A stretch of DNA of 64,000 bases from Paraspadella gotoi (lineage: Eukaryota; Animalia; Chaetognatha): NCBI GenBank assembly GCA_051294375.1, contig CM119267.1, positions 20,836,232 to 20,900,231 on the forward strand, in the 5' to 3' direction. The position numbers and the translations under genes were made by a program. The stretch's first letter is position 1; each line of letters begins with the position of its first letter. Shown in pieces: positions 17,001 to 29,759 of this stretch. The notes under the pieces are model-generated. The model ran no database searches, had not been told where the DNA came from, and was given only the letters and a program-made list of their open reading frames with translations.

Positions 17001-19240
17001 TATAGGATGATTATATGCAGTGCCAATTTATTAATCTTTTTGTTTCCTTTAAAGACATTCAACAAATAAACATCTTAAGGTCTGTGTCAGGGCTTAAAAT
17101 ACGTGCAGTAGATTATTAGGAACACCTATCATTACTCCTCCTGCCCTAAGCGAATTTAGATTCTTTTAAAATACTTTATAGCCTTTGAAGCAAAACTATT
17201 ATCTTCTTGCCTTAACATCTTACATCATTACAAATTAGGAAAAGGTTATAATGATTCTTAAAGAAACTTATAATGTATTTAAAGAGTTTCAACCATTCGT
17301 TTAGGGGACCATTATGTATTATATACTTTAGGATTGCGGACGGTGCAGTTTCTCAGGCTCATTTGGCATATTTTGTATTTTTTCTCTTGTTTTTCTTAGG
17401 CATAAGATAGACGTGCTGACCGTTGATTCTAACATGCCTTCTTCGTTCATTGGTTTGTTCTGTTCTTGCACTTTGAGATTCGATGCATTCCAATTCATCT
17501 TCCAATTATTCTGACAATTCCTGAGTAGAGAGAGGGAATTTGTTTTGAGTATTCATTTGCCTGACTTTTGGATTCTGAAAGCCTTTTTGTCATTTTTTGT
17601 GAAGAAGAACTCCCTATTTGGATATGTTTTCCTTGATCTCTTTTGTGTTGCATCAGACGAGTTGGCAGAGGCGTGTGTTTCTGTATAGGTATGCCCTTCT
17701 TTGACCACTGTGTCATACTGATTTTGGACGATCGGGTCAGTAAACCAAGTCGATAGTACTGACGCTTGTTATTTCCAAGTATCATCTCAGTAGGAGGGAA
17801 TGCCATAAATTATGTGAGTAAGCAGCACCTTATCGTAGGTTGTATAGAAAACTGCATAAGAATTTCTAGCAACACTTGAGTAGGTGCAGCTCCTCTTGGA
17901 TTCGGTTTTCTGATGTATTTTTCATTATGTAACCTGTTGATATAGTAGGGCAGTTGCTCTTCGAGTAGCAGTGGTGTTTTTCCACCACAGTTAGCACATT
18001 TGCATCCTCAAAAGGTTTATTCACCGTTTTATGAGAATGTATTACCGACGCAACGAAGGCTAAACAGGGTTTTTTTAGCTAGCACATGAGCGAGAGCCAT
18101 GGCCAAATTGGATCTGTACCACTGGAAGCACTGAAACACGACCTGACTGTATGTCTCACCATCAGGATGACCTTTTTAAAATGTTGATGCTCCTTTTCCA
18201 AGTTTTTCTTTTTCTTGAAGTGAAGTGAAGGTGTGACTTTTACGCTTCACGAAGGTTCTCCTGTTCGTTCCTAGTTAAGAGACGCTTGCATCACGCTTGG
18301 CGTAAATGCCCTTACCTCGTAACGTCATGACTTTATGTTCTCTTCACTGTATTCAGGTGTCCAATACCTTGTATCTAACAACAAAATGAGAAACTTTGTA
18401 TTAGGCCGTTGTTTATTCTTGTGTGGAAGTAAACGATATCATGAATCCAGTCTCCAGTGTTAGTAAACTGTTATGCTTCTGTTCATTTGCTGCTATGATG
18501 TATAATTATCACCGGTTTTGTTGTTTTACCTCCTCTATACATATAGGTTCTTTTATAAAAGGCTTCATCGATTGCAGAAAGCAATTTGGTCGAGACATTT
18601 TTTATTTCCGTGTGAAGATTCAGTGGAAATGGCGACAGGTCCTTCTCAGATTGGTAGCTGTTCTTGGGCATTTCTTAATGGTTGTGGCCTGTGATGGATT
18701 TTGGCCTCTTCTGAATTTGCATGTTGTTTGGGTCTGGCGCCTAATCTGTCCAACGATCATGTCTATTAGTTAGATTTGTAGCAAGCATCTTTACAAAGCG
18801 TTTCTTTTCGTATTGCCACGCAAGTTCTTAAATTCGTTTAATTTAGTTTTTCTTCTGGAGCTGAGATTTCTGAAAATTTCAGGATTCTTGAGTTCTTCGT
18901 TTGAGTTTCTCCATTTTTCGACGAGAAGATGACTTGTTTCTTTTACTTTAGCGGCTCATTTCATATTGCTCGAAAATTCTTGGCCAGTTAAGGTTGGAAA
19001 TCGCATGGTCAGCTGCAGACTGACTACTATATTCAAGTACTGAGATTAATATTGAAATAAATGTTTAATTTGTGCTAATTTAAAATGACTTGTATGGAAA
19101 TCCGTCTAAAAGCATGTCAGGAGGGCATCAGCCCCCATGTCATTTTTTAAATCAGTTATTATGTTTAGGACGTTGAATGCTGTATCAACAAGGTAGGCGA
19201 AAGATTGTAAATTTCCAAAAAATTCGGAGCATTACGTGTT
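14075..19240 (-). mobile_element. Near full-length LINE (ORF1 with triple zinc knuckle; ORF2 APE + RT), heavily frameshifted
   Basis: Read on the minus strand. ORF1 knuckles QCF..FGHGSRSC...KCANCGGKHHCYSKSNCP (~17940-18140). Endonuclease SDLNS, YSPTFI, ANVLDVCLT (ORF 16645-16989). RT IGYFPKQWK (~15760), RPISLL-like, QKLFDKIWHDGL (~15440), PQ..LSP (~15270), LG.I.DN.LTW-like (~14830). Confidence 0.85.
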
Positions 19241-19543
19241 CGCTTCGGAGCGTTTCGTGCAGAGATGAGAGAGATGTGAGACGACTAGTGAGCAGACGAT
19301 GANNNNNNNNNNNNNNNNNNNNNNNNNGAGAGAGAGAGAGAGAGAGACGTTCACCGAAATATGACAGAAAATAATGGAATTTAAAATAAAGAAAAAGAGA
19401 GGTTAGGAAAAAAATAAAAAAAATAAAAAAGAAATAAAAACGAAATAACCGGAAATATGAAAAGTTGAAAAACGGAAAACGAAATTTGAAAATCACCAGG
19501 AGTCATGGTGGATAAAATTGGTGAAAGAAATAACAAGATAGGA

Positions 19544-19577
<34 letters not shown>

Positions 19578-20174
19578 NNNNNNNNNNNNNNNNNNNNNNN
19601 NNNNNNNNNNNNNNNNNNNNNNNNNNNNNNNNNNNNNNNNNNNNNNNNNNNNNNNNNNNNNNNNNNNNNNNNNNNNNNNNNNNNNNNNNNNNNNNNNNNN
19701 NNNNNNNNNNNNNNNNNNNNNNNNNNNNNNNNNNNNNNNNNNNNNNNNNNNNNNNNNNNNNNNNNNNNNNNNNNNNNCTTTCATAATGCAGTATGAAGTT
19801 AAACAGTTTTTATTTCTAACTCTTTTGATTTATTACTTTATGATAAATGATAAATGATAAATTTCTATAATATTTAGTAAAAACCACCACTGCCGGTCTA
19901 ATGTCAGGGGCAAATGAATTCATAATATTTACATTTGTTGCGCCAATTTCATATATGTAAATCTGAAAATTTCTAACCCGAAATCGCTGTCTCCGGTAGA
20001 CTTTATTTCCCTCGCTTTAAACGACTTCCAGTGTACTNNNNNNNNNNGAAATATGCTGGAATAGAATATTTAACAAGGGGTGAAGGGGTTCTCGAGTTGT
20101 AAAATAAGAAAGTTGATGAGTTGGGAAGTTCAGACGTGATTTTCTTTTTACTTCCAAGAAACGATGCCAAATCA

Positions 20175-20230
<56 letters not shown>

Positions 20231-20536
20231 AAAAAAAAATTAATTTATGAATTTCTATGACTGAAATATTATCTGTTTCTTCGTATTTAAATTTCAAAAT
20301 ATCATTAAAAACTTGTACTAAATGTTTACTGATTAAAGCTTCGAGCAAAAAAAAAAAAATAATTAAAAAATTAACAAAGTTCTTTCTTAAACTTAATTTT
20401 CGATCAATTTAACGAATCAAAATATTCAAATTATCATCCGGGGCAAAAAACCATTAATTAACTCGGAGAAGGATTTTCGAAATTCCGTCGTTAAAAATTC
20501 GGTCGGTAAACGAGGAACAATGACTAACAGAAGAGG

Positions 20537-20570
<34 letters not shown>

Positions 20571-21467
20571 NNNNNNNNNNNNNNNNNNNNNNNNNNNNNN
20601 NNNNNNNNNNNNNNNNNNNNNNNNNNNNNNNNNNNNNNNNNNNNNNNNNNNNNNNNNNNNNNNNNNNNNNNNNNNNNNNNNNNNNNNNNNNNNNNNNNNN
20701 NNNNNNNNNNNNNNNNNNNNNNNNNNNNNNNNNNNNNNNNNNNNNNNNNNNNNNNNNNNNNNNGAGACAACGACGACGACGACGACGACGATCAATAAGG
20801 GAAATAAATGTCGACAAATTCGACAGCGTTGACGACAAGGAAAAAAAAAACGACAAACAAACAATAAAAAAACGAAGAGACTCGATGGGAGAATTTTTGA
20901 AAAGCCCATTTCGGAATTTGGCTTGAGGGTTGAGGGTTNNNNNNNNNNNNNNNNNNNNNNNNNNNNNNNNNNNNNNNNNNNNNNNNNNNNNNNNNNNNNN
21001 NNNNNNNNNNNNNNNNNNNNNNNNNNNNNNNNNNNNNNNNNNNNNNNNNNNNNNNNNNNNNNNNNNNNNNNNNNNNNNNNNNNNNNNNNNTTCGAGTTTG
21101 AAATTTTCAATATATATAGAATTGAAGGTGAAATTATATTTTCAATTTTTTTAAATTAATTAATTAATTAATTAATCGCCATTTTAATTGATTTTTTATA
21201 TAAACCTAAAGACGATTGTACTGCCAGTTAGATTGCGCCATGAATTGGTAAAGATGACTTTGACCGACTTGGCTCGAATCGCCTAAATTGCTTTAACACG
21301 GTTTGATTTGACGCGAGAGGTCAAAACTGAGTCGACCGACCGAGACAACAGTTTAGGCTCAATGAAAGGATCGCCTTTTCTCTGAGAGAGAATCTTAAGG
21401 AATCACAGAAAAACGAGGAGAAAACGAGACGAGGAGTTCGTGCCCACCAGTCGGAAGAGTAGGGAAC

Positions 21468-21536
<69 letters not shown>

Positions 21537-22715
21537 ATTCAAAAAACAGTGCCGCCCCCTTTTTTTCGCCTCCGCGACGCCTAATTGGATTTTTGACTCC
21601 CTTTCGTCGGCCGCCGACCCGGGGGGAGTGAGAGAGAGAGAGAGGGAAAGTGGGTGGGTTTTAAGGGCAGGCAAAGGTGGTGAGTTAAGGGGAAGGGTGG
21701 AGGCCGGGGGGTTCGTTAAGGTGGTGTGTAGAGGCGGGGGCGGCTTATTTCGTGAAACGCACGAACAGGCGTGTCAGGCGATTACCGAATATTGGTTCGT
21801 GGTTACTAAAAAGGTACCCATGCCTCTCACAAAGCAAATTTACGTAGCTGTATTACATGACGCTAACATTAGCGACTTTGATTACCAATAGTATCATCTC
21901 AGAATACACAAAAAAAATGTCATCACAGGAAAAACTCAACGAAATAATTGGCCAAAGGATCGGGTCACCGTTCACCCCCTTAATCCGATCGACCGCTGCG
22001 GTGCTCGCGTGTGATTGGTCGGAGCTTTGCGGCGTCGCCGCGTGATTGGTCGGCTCTTGGGCGGCGTCATCCCTCGAGGAAAGAACAGAGTTAGCAGCGC
22101 CCCTCCTCAACGGAAGGGAAAAGAAAAACATTAGCGCGGGTAACGAAAACAAAAAGGCAGCGAAACCAGGTGCGCGGGGGACTTGACGAAACTTTGGATT
22201 GGGTGGACGGAGTGAGGGGCGTTGGGATTGGCGTGGGGGGGGGGGAAGAAAAGGGTTGGGTAAGAAGGGTAAGGGTCAACGTTTTGAAAGAAAATAGGTG
22301 AGTTTTTTAGTTTAATATATTTTAAACTAAATGAAGGGAAAAACTAACGCCGAATGATTGGTACGTGAGCGGACGAGCATTGGAAAACTCGCGACGGATT
22401 TGGGGTAAAAGTGACTCCGAAAACCAGACACCTGCGGTCTGAGCTGACAGACTGACACATTCGCTGACAGACTGACACCTGCGCTGATAGACTGACACCG
22501 GTATTGACTCGACTTTCTGGCCTCTGGGCGGTCTGAAGGGAAGAGACAGATAATAAACCAAGACTCGACCAAAGAAAAACGAGAGAGAGCGAGAGAGAGA
22601 TAGAGAGAGAGAGAGAGAGGAGAGGAGAGATGAGAGCAGAGAGAGAAGAGAGAGAGAGGGAGGGAGAAAGAGAGAGAGAGAGAAGAGAAGAAGAGAGAGA
22701 GGAGAAAGAAGAGAG

Positions 22716-22749
<34 letters not shown>

Positions 22750-23366
22750 AGAAGAGAGAGAAAGAGAGAGAGAGAGACGCGAGCGAATAACTTTGAAAAA
22801 AGCGATAGATCTTTCAAAAAAAAAAAAAAAAACTACATTCTCATAGAATCCACAAAAAAAAAAAAAAACCAAAACAAGTTTTTTTTCGAAATTTATGATG
22901 ATTTGCAAAAATTAAACGGGCAATAAAAATAACAGGTATGATTGACATAACCAAAGTTTAAGCCGTACACAGGCCGACGAACTCTGCTGCTCAGAGTAAC
23001 CAAATAAGGGGAGAAAAAACAGCAGCGGCCACTGCAGCCGCCGCGGCTCCCGCTGCTGCTGGTAGAAAATTAACTCGGTCAATAGCAAATTCCCAGGCTG
23101 CTGTCGCGGCGGCGGCGGCGGCGGCGGCGCTGAGGGTTTCTTTTACCGAAAGTCAAGGACGCGAAGATCGACCAAAACAAAGCAGGTTGTTGTCGTTGTT
23201 GTTGTTGTTGTCGTCGTAAAGGTTATTTTCTCTCTGGTGTCGATGTCGTGTATGAATGTTACGTTGATCTCGGGTCCAAGCTCGTTAAAGGCAGACCTCG
23301 TAAAAGCCGAACTAGAGATGAACTTTAGTCGAGAGGGACACTAAAATCAGTCCCTTCTTTTAAAAA

Positions 23367-23412
<46 letters not shown>

Positions 23413-24008
23413 GACTGGCTCTTTCGGTCTTTGACGCTCTATCCTTATCTAGCTTTCAAGCTCTCGCTCTCTATCAGCTGTCCGAGTTCCGAAGCAGTTC
23501 GCACACTGTTTTTAAACTTTGGACTCCCCCACCGCAAAACAAAATAAAACTTTCTGCGTCTTTAACCAAATCAAATTTATATTGCCTTATAAACACAAAA
23601 ACCCAAACATGCAAAGAAAAGCAGATTAAGTATTTTTCCACTATTTCATCTGATATACGAAATACTCTAATTTCGGGAAAAACCCAAATCGGCGGAAAAA
23701 AATAATTAAGAAAAAAAAAAGAAAGAAAAACATACGAAATTTCGTACAAACCGAGAAGAGACGCAAAATAATTACAAAGAACGAGCAATAGTGATTTGAC
23801 AATTTTGTTATTAGCGAGTAATCTCGTTTTGAAATAAATGTCAAACGAGCGCAAATGAAAATATATATCATAAATAAACGATCAAAAAGGACGACGTTAG
23901 TTCCTTGAATAAAAAAAAAACAAACAAAAAAAAATACAAAAAACTAAAATTGAAATAAATAAAAACTAAAATATTACCTAAAATAAAATCGCAAAAGAAA
24001 CCCCAAAA

Positions 24009-27000
24009 ATGGCGCGGAATCTCTCAGTCGTTTCCCCTCAATTTTTGAGAAACGTCTTGAAAAGAAATTGCTATTTATCGATCGCTGGAGACGGAAGTAA
24101 GTTGTAGCGCAGGGGTGGGGAGGGGTAAAGGTTTGTCTTGACGGTTAGGAGAGTGTCATGCGCATTTAGTCTTGTTGGTCTGACAAAAAATTATACATAT
24201 TAGTAAAATAAACGTGGAAGTTACGAAATTACGTATTTCATTATATTTTTATTTTATTTCAATTTTTTATTAACCTTTTTATAAATATTTTATTATCCTC
24301 ATCTTATTTTTACTATTTTTCAAAATCATTATTTCGAGTTTTTTTACATCTGATAATATTTGTATTATTTGTATTATTGCCCTCCAGCTTCAATGGGTCA
24401 ACAACGAAGAGACAAACGAGTCAAGATTCTCCACGCTTCCGTCAATCCACAGGTAGCTTCCCTTTCCAAGCAGCTTGGTATCTCAAATTACAATCAGCTT
24501 ACTATTAAAACTACTTTTTGCGTAATCATATTTAAATGCTAACGAATATGTTACGTTCTCCCCCAATCCTGGCTAACTTTTTTTAACGTTCACCGTCTCT
24601 AGGGCAACGCGATGTATCGTCGCGAGAGAATTCCGACCGCTACTCTTTTCGACACGACCAAATGCTGCGACGGCAAATCGCGGTTTCAGCAGACGCTGCC
24701 GCCGCTGCAGCAGTTCGAGGACTACGTCAACCGATTGGGAATCAGGTTTCGTTAACGTTGTTAGCCGATTGGGGACGATTTGTTAAAATATCGGGGCATG
24801 AAAGTTAAGAATACGCGATAAAAAATTTCTTATTCTTAAAATTCACCACTAAAATCCAAAATTTTATTACATAAGCCCAGGCTACAAAGGATGAGGAAAA
24901 TAACATTTGTAAATAACCAAATAACAGTTTTCAGGTTTTCTTATTTTGTCTTGTGAGAGCCAGAGAGATTGAAGCCTTAACCCAAAGCCAGTACTATGGA
25001 ATGAGGAAAGATGGCTTATTTATTATTTATTTTGTGTCATTTTGTGATACTATGATTTCCTCTGCCAAATTTCTTATAACCGTAAGCTTTCGTCAAATCT
25101 AATCCTTCTTTCGATCACAATGTCCAGAAACTCCAACCACGTGGTTATCTACGATCCTTACCCGGCGACGATGGGTTTCTACGCGGCGCCGCGCGTCTGG
25201 TGGATGTTCAAAGTCTTTGGCCACGACGCCGTTTCCGTGCTGGACGGAGGAATGAGGCATTGGGATCAGGTTGGTCGATACAAGCATTGGTTATCGAGGC
25301 AAGCAATCGAATAAACATTCGATGAACAATTTTATTCTGCCAACCAGTTATTTATTTAAACTACAAATCAACCAACCAACTAAACATAATAATAATAATC
25401 ATTTGGTAAACCAACTATTTGACCAAGCAACCAGTTGACACAGAAACCATTTGTCCAAGCAACTCTTTGACCAAGAAACCATTTGATTTAGCAGCCATTT
25501 AATCTAGCAAAACTTAATAATAGCTTTATCAACNNNNNNNNNNNNNNNNNNNNNNNNNATTATCAACCGCACACATTAGCAAATTAATTTTAACCAATCG
25601 ACTGTTCCTTTGTTTCTCCATTTTCAGCTTCGATTCCCCATCGATCTTCAAGAGATCGAGTCGGAGATTCCAGCCACAAAGGTCCTCGAGCCGCAAGGGA
25701 TTCGTCGCTTCCTTCAGACCGAATCTCGTTAAGAAGTACGAAGAGATCGTCCAGAATCTCTCGGAGGAGAAATTTCCAGGGAAGAGCTTTAAGAATGAAT
25801 TAAAAAGATGGTAAATGAGATGACGAAGGCTATTGCATCTGTTATGCATTATTTAGATTTTCTTAGTTTAGTATATTTTCATTACGTAATTACGAACTTT
25901 TTAACTTTCCATGATGTTTTGCCGATTGGTTTACAGATTTCATTCCTTTCAAACTAATATAAATAGTAGCATAGTATGTGTAGTTTGTTGTCCGCTTTCT
26001 TCTTTTTCTTTCTTCGTTTAATCTTGAATCTTTTTAATTTCAATACAATATTCATTTATTAGGTTTTGGACGCTCGAAGCCCGGAGACTTTCTCGGGAGA
26101 CTCCTACCAGGCTTTTGGTAAGTTAAACGACTAAAAGATAAGCAGGAAAAACAAAACTCATTCCCTCAAATTACTTTCCATAACCAGGCGCCCTCTACGC
26201 CGACGAAGCGTATCAAGCGCCGTGGTTGGCGTTGGCTCATCGCGTCCCTCGATCGCGGAATCTCTACTTTCGATCGCTGATCGACGCGGAGACGCAGCGG
26301 CTGAGGCCGAGAAACCAGCTGCTGCAGCACGTCGGCGTCAATTTTGTGGTGAGGGCGTTTGAACAGGTTGAACGTTCGCGTGATCTTTTTAACATAATTC
26401 TTACAAAAACAATTTAAAATAAATAGTTTTGTGGAATTGAACTCCGGGTCCTCCCATTCACGGTCGATCCCCGACATCTCGTGGCCGGCTCGTGTTGGTT
26501 TGGATGATATTGATTTCACTTTTATAAACCTTTATATAAATTCTCTCCATATACAAATTGACCTTTTGTTATCATCAAACAAAAGAGCATTTTATTTTGA
26601 ACTAACCAGCTGATTCCATTGAACATAATTCCATTATTATTCATCAAGCTTGGAAACCACTTAAAATTGTTTAGAGGAAAAATTCAGACTCACATACTTG
26701 TTATCAATTTTCCCTTTTTCTTGTAATGTTTATTTAATTGCAATCGTTTAATTAATTAATTAATTAATTATTGTTATCGTATTAATATAGATATTTTCCC
26801 ATATTTGCTTGTGCATAAGCATTTTGGAATATCTATATGCTTTGATTATTTTATTACTAAAAAAAAGGTATTAGAAATCAATTATTTATTACACAAAATG
26901 CAAATGAGGTGACTCTACAGACATATTCTAGACAAGCGCAACCAAGGCCAAGTTCGCTGCGTGTCGATATTTACGAACTTTTTCATTGCCTTACATATAA

Positions 27001-28885
27001 ATGACACAATATTTCAGATAACAATCATAGACGCCCGGCGAGCGAGCTCTCCTATTCGCGTAATAGCGACAATCATCCTCTTCCGGTATCTATCTCTTTT
27101 TTTTTTTTAATTTCAATCAATATTCATTTATTAGGTTTTGGACGCTCGAAGTCCGGAGACTTTCTCGGGAGACTCCTACCAGGCTTTTGGTAAGTTAAAC
27201 GACTAAAAGATAAGCAGGAAAAACAAAAAACTCATTCCCTCAATTACTTTCATAACCAGGCGCCCTCTAGCCGACGAAAAGGCGTATCAAGCGCCGTGGT
27301 TGGCGTTGGCTCATCGCGTCCCTCGATCGCGGAATCTCTACTTTCGATCGCTGATCGACGCGGAGACGCAGCGGCTGAGGCCGAGAAACCAGCTGCTGCA
27401 GCTTTTTCAAGACGTCGGCGTCAATTTTGTGGTGAGGGCGTTTGAACAGGTTGAACGTTCGCGTGATCTTTTAACAATAACTCATGTATTTCTTACAAAA
27501 CAATTTAAAATAAATAGTTTTGTGGAATTGAACTCGGGTCCTCCCATTCACGGTCGATCCCCGACATCTCGTGGCCGGCTCGTGTTGGTTTGGATGATAT
27601 TGATTTCACTTTTATAAACCTTTATATAAATTCTCTCCATATACAAATTGACCTTTTGTTATCATCAAACAAAAGAGCATTTTATTTTGAACTAACCAGC
27701 TGATTCCATTGAACATAATTCCATTATTATTTCATCAAGCTTGGAAACCACTTAAAATTGTTTAGAGGAAAAATTAACAGACTCACATACTTGTTATCAA
27801 TTTTCCCTTTTTCTTGTTAATGTTTATTTTAATTGCAATCGTTTAATTAATTAATTAATTAATTATTGTTATCGTATTAATATAGATATTTCGATTGCTT
27901 GCTGGCATAAGCATTTGGAATATCTATATGCTTTGATTATTTTATTAAGGTACCATTTTACAAGCGAACCAAGCAAGTTGGTTTAATAAACTTTTTACCC
28001 AAGCAAAAATAAACAATCTAGACGCCACGAGCGCCAACGCGAACGACATCGCCACTTCCGGTTGACGCTCTTGTGGTCACATCTACAGTTTTAACAAATT
28101 AAAGTACACACAAAGTCGCACCTACGATTACACGTACAATTAATATATATGTTTTGTGCTGAACAAAATAAACGACGTAAAAAATTATAAAACAGTTCAT
28201 AAATGTCAAGGACATGAAAAATTAAAGTAAAAAGGGTCATACAACGGTCGGAGAAAATTAACCTCGCTAACGCGAGTTTGTTTTAATGGGGGAAAGTATT
28301 TTTGTTTTAAAAATCCAAAGTAAAGTTTAATTATTTATGTAGATAAGGCGCTAAGTGTGGCTGAAGAGTGCTATCCGCTACTCCTTTAACCCCGGGTTCT
28401 GGGCTTGGAACCAGGCTTGAGTGTTTTCCGCACTCTCGAGGTGTCTTGCGGCCGTCCTCACACTTCCCGCAGAGTAGATACCGGGTTGGGTTTGAAACCG
28501 GTAACTAGTGGTCATGAGTTGATGGCTTTACTCAATGAGCCACCGAGTCACGACTACATGTGTCATACTTATAGGCGGGGTGAACCTTTACAACGCCCGA
28601 CTACATTTGTCTTAAAATGCAACAAAAAGTAACATAAACCAAATCCTTGTAGTTTTTTCGAAGTTTAAAACTAAAAAAATGTTAAACGAATCCACTAATC
28701 GTTTATTTTTCGTAATTCTTTTCGCGCGACAGCACGAGAATTCTCCCCCTCTGACGGTCTACTGCGGAAATGGGATCTCCGCCTGCGTCGTGGCGTTGGC
28801 GGCGCACCTCTGCGGCAAAACCGACACTTCTGTTTACGACGGTGGCTGGGAGGAGTGGTCGCTCGGTACCGAACAACCTTGCTGA
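24009..28885 (+). CDS. MPST: Tandem-rhodanese sulfurtransferase, 3-mercaptopyruvate sulfurtransferase-like; exons 24009-24096, 24388-24452, 24603-24745, 25128-25269, 25628-~25779, 26063-26117 (dup 27135-27189), 26188-26348 (dup 27260-27431), 28733-28885
   Basis: GT-AG splicing with consistent phases gives [13 protein letters not shown]...VKILHAS...[13 protein letters not shown]...[25 protein letters not shown]...[27 protein letters not shown]...[12 protein letters not shown]...VLDARS...[20 protein letters not shown]...VYDGGWEEW, all TST/MPST hallmarks. Exon 5 has a frameshift and a non-canonical donor in this assembly, probably errors. Confidence 0.92.
26030..27950. repeat. Tandem ~1.07 kb duplication containing MPST exons 6-7 (copy 1 ~26030-27100, copy 2 ~27105-27950+)
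   Basis: Near-identical exon and intron sequence in both copies. Confidence 0.85.
28335..28555 (-). mobile_element. Putative tRNA-derived SINE in the last MPST intron
   Basis: On the minus strand: GGTGGCTCATTGAGTAAAG (A-box-like, ~28542), GGTTTCAAACCC (B-box-like, 28499-28488), a GC-rich body and an A/T-rich tail. Confidence 0.5.
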
Positions 28886-29759
28886 ATCTTCTATGCGGAT
28901 TGTTATCTTATTAACTTGTAGGGTGATTACCTACTACAAATTTTTTTTACTCAAAAACTTGGTCTTTGAATAATCCCCTTATCCGAGTGTGCCGAATAAT
29001 TTATACGAATCAATGTCACACTACAATCTTTGCTCAAAGTTTTTGTTATTTCCCGTTGGTAATTGAAAATATTAATTTCATTCCTGTAGTTAGGTAGGAT
29101 TACATACCTAAACAATCAATCAAATTGTCTATTGTTTTTAATTTAAAGCCCCGGACATAAAATTTTCAGAATTAAATTACTATATTTTTCTTTTTCCAGG
29201 TTGTTACCCAATATTTTGTAAATTCGCACGAGGTCAGTCATTGTTGCTTAATTGTATAATTAATTACACGCTATGCCGTAGCGTTTGGCAAAGTTAAATC
29301 AGAGGAGCTTATTTTTTCCAGTATTCTCATTATTCTGACTTCTATCTGCTAAAATATGCACGAAATATTTGCATTCTCCAGTTACCAGTATATATTTTGA
29401 AAAATGTCGATTTAACAAAAAATGTTAACGCAAATAACATTCCATTGCTTATTGACTATTAAATGTAATTACTTTAAAAATGTTGTGATTTTTCAAGCCG
29501 ACTTTTTAATAGATATATATTTTCAGAAGTTAGAATTGAATTACGATATTGCGTAGTTTTGGTTTTAAAAATTTGCAGAACAGACTTATTTTAAATTAAG
29601 CCATCAGTTAGTATTTTGATGAATCATCACTTAAAAAAAATTAAAATGTAAGAAAGCTTCGACCATCGTTAGATCTTTCGAACAGGGGCCTCTAAGAGTC
29701 ATTTCAAGTTTTCAACACTTCACCTCCGGACCTTTAATAATAAAAAATCCCGAAATATA

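Noticed and set aside
25628-25790. MPST as a pseudogene because of the exon 5 frameshift and non-GT donor
   Set aside because: It is adjacent to an N-gap in an indel-prone assembly, and the other exons, phases and catalytic Cys are intact.
28480-28555. tRNA gene
   Set aside because: It has only degenerate A and B boxes, no convincing cloverleaf, and continues into a unique body, so it is better explained as a SINE head.
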